Below are positions 54,255 to 64,000 of a DNA stretch of 64,000 nucleotides, one piece after another. Source of the DNA: Macrostomum lignano (taxonomy: Eukaryota); NCBI GenBank assembly GCA_002269645.1, contig NIVC01002209.1:62001-126000 (forward strand), written 5' to 3'. The first letter of the stretch is position 1. Each line of letters begins with the position of its first letter. The notes beneath the pieces were generated by a model that ran no database searches, had not been told where the DNA came from, and worked only from the letters and a program-made list of their open reading frames with translations. The position numbers were made by a program, and so were the translations under genes.

Positions 54255-54830
54255 CACCTCAATGGACTGAGTCATTTTCGGCTGAAAACAGGCATAATAC
54301 CTCCGCTCTGTTGATTTCGAATATTCGAATGGACATTCTGGACTTGGCTTGCAAAAGCGTCGGTGAGGAAACGCAGTCGAATTTATAAAGTCGGAAGGGG
54401 TCACCTGGACTGGCGAGGGAGCGAAACTGCATGGCAGCAACGCGTCCAGGCTGTGGTCCGTTCCTTTGCTGGATCTGAACAAAGTCCAGACCACCTTCTC
54501 AACTGTTATTCACATGAACAGAAGGCCCGGCTACCACTGTCTGGTAGAGATCGCCGACTGTGACACCTTCAAGACCATGGGGATGCAGATTCTGGAATGG
54601 AACTACCTGGCTCCCAACTCCGCTCATTTTTCACCTCAAGTGTCGCTTGAATACCAATTGGGTACTGTCTGGCTGTGGACTGGAGTGGCAGCACTGGCAA
54701 CCTGACCCAGTCCATTGACGTAGTTGAATCGGCTATCGGCATCAGCACCAACATGTTGAATGTGGACGATCTGCTCCCGAGTGTTCAAGTTTACCAACTA
54801 GTTCATATTTTACACTTGGACAGCGAAGGC
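54255..54830 (+). pseudogene. Frameshifted coding-like segment, product unknown
   Basis: Protein-like reading shifts between frames (WTESFSAENRHNTSALL.. / KSEGVTWTGEGAKLHG..EYQLG / YCLAVDWSGSTGNLTQSIDVVESAIG). No family recognised. Confidence 0.3.
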
Positions 54831-56840
54831 TGAAGGTTGGTAAAAATTTTGCTCGTTCCTCAATATTTTGATCAATTAATCATCAATTAATGAATTCTAT
54901 TGCTTGCTGAGTTTAATCCTAATTTCACTAGGATTAATATTACAAACTCTGAGTAACCCTTGACAACGGACAATGGAAGGGTGAGCGAACCACGTACTGT
55001 ATTCTTTCATCGGTAGGGATCATTGTGAGCAATATTACAGCAATACAGTGTCAAGACACCTCAAATTTTGATTTCTTAGGAGTAGACACACGTAATTTTA
55101 TTAGTTTAACTTTGTTTTTCTGAGCTATAACAGAAAAGTTAAATTTTTTCTGGGGTCTAAAAATCGAATGACGAGTTTTCGAAATTGAATTGCAGTTTTG
55201 TTAAAATTGAACGAAAACATTTTAACAGAATATAAAGTTTCAAAAAGTTCAATTAGAATTAAAAGTCAATTAAGGTCAATTAAAGTCAATTAAAAGTCAA
55301 TAAAATTAGGTAAACTTGAATCTGCATCGTTTATTTTTGTCAGCCTAAGAGCCATTTAGATCTTTTAAGACGTTGTAAACTAAAATATGTTTAGTTTGCA
55401 TTCTTAGGCTGCTCTGGCTGCCTCTATGGCGGCTTTCTCGGGTTGTGCACAATCCAATTGGCCTAGCGCTCGCTAGCCCAATCCAAAAGTGTCCTCACCG
55501 GAGGTGATGTACACAGCTAAAAATAGCCCTTCTTATTTCGTGCATTCCAATTAGTTTTTTGGCCCTCGGCCTTGGTTTAGGGGTGTACCTGGAGTGAGTG
55601 CGTACTCTGGACTGCAGTGTGGCAGAACGGGACTTGAGCCCCCGGTTGCACCCGCCCTGCAGGAAAGAAATGACCATTCGCAAAGGTGTACGGTAGAGCC
55701 CAGTAGCATGCCAGTCCTGAGGCTGAGCCCCTGAGGTTGTGTGATCCTCCCAAGTTTTATTCCCAATGTTTTATTCCCCGGTTTTATCTTGGCACTTGAG
55801 CCACCCAATTAGTTGGAGTTTATCGATTTCGCCTCGGTGAGCATGCTCCATAGCCTTAGTCAATCCGCTGGCTTCTCTGGAAGTTCCCTGCCTTTGTGTC
55901 TCTGGCTCTCATCCTGACAGTGGAATGGAGTCCTGGGTTGGATGTTCGTCCCGTACCGGAGATACCGGCTGAGTCCGGGTCCTCTTGCCCGGGGGCAGTG
56001 CCCCATTCCCGACCCCTTGGCCTGGCCCCCAGTATAGAGCTGGATAGATGACACCCTTGTGGCTTGCAGCCCTATAGGTAGTTGCTATATCCTGCCTGAT
56101 AGGAGACTCGCCCTCGGATACAAGCCTTCCAGACTCACTCCAATAGCTAGCTTTGCTTCAGCAATGCTCCAATTGTTTAGAGCTGGGCAGTGAAAAAGCC
56201 TTGAGGCTCGCAGCCCTAGGGTGGTTCTTGGCCCTCTGGTAGGAGACTCGCCCTTGGTAAATAAGCTGCCCAGACTCGCTCCAATTAATTTTAGCCTTTT
56301 CCGTAGACTTCGGTGTCTCATCGCTCTTGGACCGCTTTCAGTAGTAACCCAAGCTTTTTTCAATTCCAATTTTTCGCGCACACCCAAAGACTTGTCTGCT
56401 GGGGGGGGGTCTGGGTGGACTCGGTCCTAGCACCGTCCCTGATTCCACTTTTGGGTTGGCGGTGTCTTAGTCCATAGGCTTGGGTTAGTATGCTCCATGC
56501 TCTCCCCAGAGTCCTGAGCTCTGGTTCCAATAGTGGCCTCTCGGGCTTAAAGCCCCTGGTAGTATGGCCCACAGCAAGATCCATGCGGCAGAGCCCCCTT
56601 AGGGCTGAACCGCGGGCAGCGCTTCTCCTCCCACCCCCGTTTAACAACAACAAACAAAAATATTTCCGATCACTCGCACCCAGGATGCTGTGATAAAAAT
56701 GAGACGATTGCTTGATCTGTTCGGGATTTGAAAGTAAATAAAATCTTTGACGATAATTACACAGGTTCCATCTCTAGATTATGTCAGCTTGACTTCCGTC
56801 TTATTATTTCACTAATACTACTACTACTACTACAACTACT

Positions 56841-57607
56841 CAAGGACCACTAGAAGTTACCGTTGTATCAGGACGCAACACTCGTAAATATTGTAAAATT
56901 ATTTGAAGGCCCGCTTGTTTTGCATGTATTTATCGGTACTTGCCTTCAAAAAAGCATCTATTCGACTTGAGTCGACTGTTTTAAAGAAGCATGCACTACA
57001 TTTGAGCCTCAGAAGCTTCATACAATATGTGTATTTATAGTTTATTTAGGCTGTAATTAAATCATTATGCAACTCTTTTTAATATTTTCTAAGGTTTTAT
57101 GCAGACAGCAGATACTGCTAGCAATATTACTATGACTAATACGAATACTAGTACTAATAGTGATAATACTGGTTTTTGATAGTGAAGTGACGCCTTTGCA
57201 GCCTACTGAACTCGGTACAGATTATTCGCTTTATAAAGCTTCCGAATTACAGAGTATATTGTATGGTCTGCTACTTTATCGAGACTAGGAAGCAATGGTT
57301 AAAATAACTGAAACTTTATTCATTTTGACTGCAATCAAATATTGCGTATTGCCGTTACTTAACTGTACGCCCGCCGCTCCTACATGTAGATATAGCGCCA
57401 AACTTATGCTTCATGTTAAAGAGAACAAAATTTCGAGCAACCTGGCGAAAAAATTATCTTTCTAAGTGCAACCAGTCCGGAGTTATGAGCATTTAAAGTT
57501 TAGCTGCAATGCAAACAAGCAGGCCTTTTTGCAATTTTTGCATCGTAAATTTTGCAATATTTACGAGTGTTGCGTCCTGATACAACGGTAACTTCTAGTG
57601 GTCCTTG
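56841..57607. mobile_element. Non-autonomous DNA transposon (P- or hAT-type) inserted in a (CTA)n tract
   Basis: ~58-bp TIR starting CAAGGACCACTAGAAGTTACCG and 8-bp TSD CAACTACT. Confidence 0.88.
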
Positions 57608-58197
57608 CAACTACTACTACTGCTACTCACTACTACTTGCTACACTGCTAATGCTGTACATGTAGTAATACTAACACTACTACTGCTGCTACCAATACTA
57701 CCGCTACTACGAGCTACATGTACTATACATGTACTCATGACATGCAGTGTCATATAGGAAGTGCATTTATTTGTGCTCAAAATGAAGTATTACATTTCTT
57801 GGTGAATTTCTCACACAAACCATGACCTTAAATATCATCTGCAACCGATGCTCTATGCGGGCGAAACTGACAGCAATAATTTCTCAACAATCTTTCATAT
57901 CTAAATAAATATTCGAGCACTTCAATTGTGCCAATAGCACTATTGCCATTGTCTTAATACAATGCATCTACGGAGTGACTGCCTGTCCATCAAAATGCTG
58001 TCGCACGGTTTGAAGTGAATGCAGCGGAATTTTCTATGCATATGGGGCTCACATGGTTTCTTATATATTGGCGAGAGCGCAGGTCACAATTCTTTTAAAC
58101 AAACTTATGGCACAATGGGCAGCTCACTGAGCTTTTGCACTGTTTGTCACCAACAGCCAACATCACGGTCTGTAACCATGGTTACTAATAATTACAG

Positions 58198-61100
58198 CGG
58201 TTCCGGAGCAGCTGATGCGGGCGTTGATGCAGCAATTTCAGAAACTGGCTCTGCAGGTGAGCGTTCATAAGTTTCCGACAATGCACATTGCGTTTCTGGA
58301 CCTTTCGTATCGGATGTAGCTTTGGTAATAATTCTGATGTAGCTTTGGTAATGATTCTGTTGTAACTTTGGTAATGATTCTGATGTAGCTTCGGTAATGA
58401 TTCTGTTGTAACTTTGGTAATGATTCTGATGTAGCTTTGGTAATGATTCTGATGTAGCTTTGGTAATGATTCTGATGTATAGCTTTGGTAATGATTCTGA
58501 TGTAGCTTTGGTAATGAATCTGATGTAGCTTTGGTAATGATTCTGATGTAACTTTGGTTGTTATTCTGATGTAGGTTTGGTAATGATTCTGATGTAGCTT
58601 TGGTAATGATTCTGATGTATAGCTTTGGTAATGAATCTGATGTAGCTTTGGTAATGATTCTGATGTAACTTTGGTTGTTATTCTGATGTAGGTTTGGTAA
58701 TGATTCTGATGTAGCTTCGGTAATGATTCTGTTGTAACTTTGGTAATGATTCTGATGTAGCTTTGGTAATGATTCTGATGTAGCTTTGGTAATGATTCTG
58801 ATGTATAGCTTTGGTAATGATTCTGATGTAGCTTTGGTAATGAATCTGATGTAGCTTTGGTAATGATTCTGATGTAACTTTGGTTGTTATTCTGATGTAG
58901 GTTTGGTAATGATTCTGATGTAGCTTTGGTAATGATTCTGATGTATAGCTTTGGTAATGAATCTGATGTAGCTTTGGTAATGATTCTGATGTAACTTTGG
59001 TTGTTATTCTGATGTAGGTTTGGTAATGATTCTGATGTAGCTTCGGTAATGATTCTGATGTAGCTTTGATAATGATTTTGATGTAGCTTTGGTAATGATT
59101 CTGATGTAACTTTGGTTGTTATTCTGATGTAGGTTTGGTAATGATTCTGATGTAGCTTTGGTAATGATTCTGATGTAACTTTGGTTGTTATTCTGATGTA
59201 GCTTTGGTAATGATTCTGATGTAGCTTGGTAATGATTCTGATGTAGTTTTGATAATGATTCTGATGTATAGCTTTGGTAATGATTCTGATGTAGTTTTGG
59301 TAATGATTCTGTTGTAGCTTTGGTAATGATTCTGATGTAGTTTTGGTAATGATTCTGATGTAGTTTTGGTAATGATTCTGATGTAGCTTTGGTAATGTTT
59401 CTGATGTAACTTTGGTTGTTATTCTGATGTAGTTTTGGTAATGATTCTGATGTAGCTTTGGTAATGATTCTGATGTAGTTTTGGTAATGATTCTGATGTA
59501 GCTTTGGTAATGATTCTGATGTAGTTTTGGTAATGATTCTGATGTAGTTTTGGTAATGATTCTGATGTAGTTTTGGTAATGATTCTGATGTAGCTTCGGT
59601 TGTGATTTTGGTGTAGCTTTGATAATGATTCTGATGTAGTTTTGGTAATGATTCTGATGTATAGCTTTGGTAATGATTCTGATGTAGTTTTGGTAATGAT
59701 TCTGATGTAGCTTTGGTAATGATTCTGATGTAGTTTTGGTAATGATTCTGATGTAGTTTTGGTAATGATTCTGATGTAGTTTTGGTAATGATTCTGATGT
59801 AGCTTCGGTTGTGATTTTGGTGTAGCTTTGATAATGATTCTGATGTAGTTTTGGTAATGATTCTGATGTAGTTTCGGTAATGATTCTGTTCTAACTTTGG
59901 TAATGATTCTGATGTAGTTTTGGTAATGATTCTGATGTAGTTTTGGTAATGATTCTGATGTAGTTTTGGTAATGATTCTGATGTAGCTTTGGTAATGTTT
60001 CTGATGTAACTTTGGTTGTTATTCTGATGTAGGTTTGGTAATGATTCTGATGTAGCTTTGGTAATGATTCTGATGTAGTTTTGGTAATGATTCTGATGTA
60101 GCTTTGGTAATGATTCTGATGTAGTTTTGGTAATGATTCTGATGTAGTTTTGGTAATGATTCTGATGTAGTTTTGGTAATGATTCTGATGTAGCTTCGGT
60201 TGTGATTTTGGTGTAGCTTTGATAATGATTCTGATGTAGTTTTGGTAATGATTCTGATGTAGTTTCGGTAATGATTCTGTTCTAACTTTGGTAATGATTC
60301 TGATGTAGCTTTGGTAATGATTCTGATGTAGTTTTGGTAATGATTCTGATGTAGTTTTGGTAATGATTCTGATGTAGCTTCGGTAATGATTCTGATGTAG
60401 TTTTGGTAATGATTCTGATGTAGTTTTGGTAATGATTCTGATGTATAGCTTTGGTAATGATTCTGATGTAGTTTTGGTAATGATTCTGATGTAGCTTTGG
60501 TAATGATTCTGATGTTACTTTGGTTGTTATTCTGATGTAGGTTTGGTAATGATTCTGATGTAGCTTTGGTAATGATTCTGATGTAGTTTTGGTAATGATT
60601 CTGATGTAGCTTTGGTAATGATTCTGATGTAGTTTTGGTAATGATTCTGATGTAGTTTTGGTAATGATTCTGATGTAGTTTTGGTAATGATTCTGATGTA
60701 GCTTCGGTTGTGATTTTGGTGTAGCTTTGATAATGATTCTGATGTAGTTTTGGTAATGATTCTGATGTATAGCTTTGGTAATGATTCTGATGTAGTTTTG
60801 GTAATGATTCTGATGTAGCTTTGGTAATGATTCTGATGTAACTTTGGTTGTTATTCTGATGTAGGTTTGGTAATGATTCTGATGTAGCTTTGGTAATGAT
60901 TCTGATGTAGCTTGGTAATGATTCTGATGTAGTTTTGGTAATGATTCTGATGTAGTTTTGGTAATGATTCTGATGTAGCTTTGGTTGTGATTCTGATGTA
61001 TGAGTTTATTGATTCAATTCACGGGCGCCTTCGTCGGCGCGCTTGGAGACCAGTGCGAAGTGAAGTATTCCAACATCACTACTACTACGGAGTGGACCGT

Positions 61101-62824
61101 CGCGCACATAGTGCCGATCCCGAAGAAGGCAGGGACAACGTGGAAAGAAGACCACCGCGGGATCTCGCTGATGTCCTGCATCGCGAAGCTCTTCAACCGG
61201 CTGCTGCTCGATCGCCTGCAGTCTGTGCTGGACCCGTACGAGCTACTTGCGGTACGAGCAGAACGGATTTCGGCCGCAACGCGGTGCAGTGACACATTCT
61301 CGCACTCCGCCGAGTCATCGAGGAGGCGCGCATCCGCCAGTCTACTCTGATCATTGTCTTCGTTGACTTTCGAAAGGCCTTTGACTCGGTGTTGAGAGCC
61401 GCTCTTCTTTCGTCCTTCGAGCCTACGGGGTCACGCTGCAGCTAATCGACGCTGTCATGGCGCTGTATTGCGATACTCGAGCTGCTGTGGTGACGGCGGA
61501 CGGCCGGTCTGACCTGTTCGACACTTCATCAGGAGTTCTGCAGGGCGACACGCTTGCGCCGTTCCTCTTCGTGCTGCTGCTGGACTGGGTGCTTCGGACC
61601 GCACTCCCCTCGGCTGACGACGGCTTCCTGCTGCGCAGATGCATCGGTCACCGCCACAGCAAAAAGCGCCTGAGAGCGTTCTTTGGCTACGCCGACGACC
61701 TCGCCCTCCTGTCCTCGTCCGTTGAAGGCGCCCAGCGTCAAATCGACAGGCTGGTCGAGGTGGCATCGAGCGCCGACCGACATCACAGCGGACCTGACGT
61801 GCAGACGACCAAGCTCGCACGATGCCAGCGGTTGCCAGCGATGCCATCTCCGGCGGCGGCGAACTTGCCTGGGCGGCCTTCCGTTCGATCCGGGCCGTCC
61901 TCCAGTCCGAAGCGCTGCCCGACCGCCAGAGGGCTCGGCTGTGCCAGGCGGTGGTCGAAACCGTAGTCCTTATATACAACGCCGAGACGTGGATGCTGAC
62001 GGCTACGCTGGAGCGGCAGTTGGACTCGGCGAACTCTGATCAGGGCAGCTCATGCGGCTTTTTGAGCTGACGAGGAGCGTCGGGACATGTACGGTCAACA
62101 GCTTCCTTGTTTCTGGCTTACCTTGTAGGGCCAGTTCCAACGGGTCAGGCCCAAACTCATCGATACGCAGACTGTCTCCTGTGTGACGCCGGGGTGCCTG
62201 ACACTACTAACGGGGCGGACTTCATCTGCTCTTAGGCTCTGCGGCTTTATACTGCCATCTGACGCGTGCTCTAACTGCAGTGACCTTGCATGTGGGGCTG
62301 CATGCGAAATTTTTTGTTGTTGTTGTTGTTTTTGTTGTTGTAGCTTTGGTAATGATTCTGGTGTAGCCGCCTCATCAACGTTGTTTCTTTCAGCAGGCCA
62401 GCAGCCCTGCATCCTAGCGGTCTGCGAGTTGTTCAACCGAACCCAAAGCAGTCATGACAAATCTGTAGTAAATGCCAACGGCAACTGCAGCAGCGATGAT
62501 TATGCCCACGGCGACACCAACAAGGAGCCTCTGCCGACGCTGCCACCTCCGAGGATTCTCGTATCGAGGCACACGCAGACCGTGTCAACACTGCTCGGTG
62601 TTCGTCTGCCAGCTGCTGTCACCGTTGGAGGCTGGGCTCCGGATTTCAACAGCAGGCGTTATAATAGTATTCATAGTAAAATCGCTTATAACAATAATAA
62701 TAACAAAGGTCGCAAGTTCGAATCCACAGCCGACAGTCGTCATCCGCTGCAACAGCCACGGATGTCGGACACGCCCTCGAGTGGCGAGTCCTGCTTCACC
62801 ATCTCTGTGGCCTCGTCGATGTGA
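58198..62824 (+). CDS. Possible last two exons of an unknown gene (58198-58256; 62394/62397-62824)
   Basis: Branch-like TACTAAT plus AG at 58197, donor GTGAGC at 58257 and acceptor TTTCTTTCAG at 62393. A phase-1 join gives an open terminal exon ending in TGA that overlaps AATAAA. No homology recognised. Confidence 0.3.
58315..61000. repeat. 23-bp satellite (GATGTAGyTTTGGTAATGATTCT)n with higher-order structure
   Basis: About 115 units with recurring variant order, plus a stray unit at 62341-62366. Confidence 0.97.
61000..62100 (+). mobile_element. Decayed non-LTR retrotransposon reverse-transcriptase fragment (RTE-related)
   Basis: IVPIPKKA..RGISLMSCIAKLFNRLLLDR, FVDFRKAFDSV, GVLQGDTLAPFLF and YADDLALL spread across several frames. 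Confidence 0.9.
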
Positions 62825-62899
62825 ATAAACAGATTTGTGACTCGCGGTTCTAAGATGCGATCTGCGTGAACAGCTGTTTAAAGGTTAGAGGAGCGGGGA

Positions 62900-63135
62900 G
62901 TAAGGTGGGTGTTGAGGGGAAGGGAGTGAGGTGGGTATTCTTTAAAGGCAGGGAGTGACGTGGGTGTTCTTGAGGGGCAGGTAGTGAGGTGGGTGTTCTT
63001 GAGGGGCGGGGAGTGAGGTGGTTGCTCTTGAGGGGCGGGGAGTGAGGTGGTTGTTCTTGAGGGGCGGGGAGTGAGGTGGTTGTTCTTGAGGGGCAGGGGG
63101 TGAGGTGGGTGTCCTTGAGGGACAGGGAGTGAGCT
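62900..63135. repeat. ~29-bp G-rich minisatellite (GAGTGAGGTGGkTGTTCTTGAGGGGCrGG)n
   Basis: About 8 units. Confidence 0.85.
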
Positions 63136-63759
63136 GTGGGTGGTACAATAAATCCAAAAATCAAACGAATATTTGTATCTGTTACTGCACTCTAAAAATC
63201 TTTTAAAAAATATTGTTTAATGTCGGTTTATTTCTATTGTATTATTATTGTTATTGTTAGTAGCCTTAAATGTGAATTTGGTAAACAGAAAAAAATCTTG
63301 TGTGCGCATTTGTAAAATATAGTCATTTATTTAACAACAAAAGAAACTATTGTTAAAAACACAATGAAATAAAATAATAAAGTAAAAAGCGACACGGAAT
63401 GTAGCACAATGTTTAGCGGATCTGTTTAACAAAAAACCTTTGACCTGATTGATATATACCAAGTGGAAAGTTGGCAATGAGACTCTTGAAGTAGTGAAAT
63501 AAAAAAAAGCAATCATCTTTGGTAAACTTTTTTGGAAGCGCAAAAACAATACAAAAAATTAGAACAAAAATCGTAAACTGAATTCCCTTCAAGTTAAAAA
63601 AGCTGTATTTAGCAATATTTGTTATAGACTACTTACAGTATAAAGCGATGCATGCAGTATACTATATACCTCAGTGGTGGACAAGTTTTCAAGGCCCCAT
63701 TCTGAACTTTAAATGAAGACTGGTTTTTGCTATTCTCTTTGGGCCTCATCTGTTGAGAG

Positions 63760-64000
63760 GGGAGAAAGAGGGAGAGGTAGAGTGGAAAGAGCTGTGGTGT
63801 AGTGGGTGAGGGAGGGAGAGGGAAGGGTGGAGTGGGGGAGAGAGTTTGAGTGAGGAGGAGAGGTGGAGTGAGGAGAAGGAAAGGTGGAGTGAGGAGAAGG
63901 AGGGAGAGGTGGAGAAGGAGGGAGAGGTGGAGAAGGAGGAAGAGGTGGAGTGAGGAGAAGGAGGGAGAGGTGGAGAAGGAGGGAGAGGTGGAGAACGAGA
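63760..64000. repeat. Purine-rich low-complexity tract running off the window end
   Basis: GAGGTGGAGAAGGAG-like units. Confidence 0.85.

Overview
Eukaryotic (metazoan invertebrate) genomic DNA, very rich in repeats. GC-rich exons, short and minisatellite-filled GT-AG introns and TTAGGG-like repeats suggest an invertebrate such as a flatworm, but this is inference only. Genes: a six-exon membrane protein ending in a FAIM-like C-terminal domain (~31-6804); an intronless G-patch/zinc-finger gene resembling the GPANK1 C-terminus with a poly-SIM N-terminus (39586-40434); a two-exon cyclophilin (minus); three tandem regucalcin/SMP-30 paralogs that differ in intron content; and low-confidence exon fragments. 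Mobile DNA: a ~14.8 kb foldback structure (12124-26921) with ~5 kb inverted arms and an apparent 8-bp target duplication, carrying a hAT element with a 5-bp TSD and a truncated Tc1; a spliced, decayed KDZ/Zisupton-type transposase; a Merlin derivative; several MITEs with clean TSDs; a tRNA-derived SINE family; a LINE RT relic; and a minimal Penelope-type hammerhead ribozyme motif. Most long ORFs in the supplied track are translations of minisatellites or purine/pyrimidine tracts. All homology calls come from recalled motifs; no search was run.
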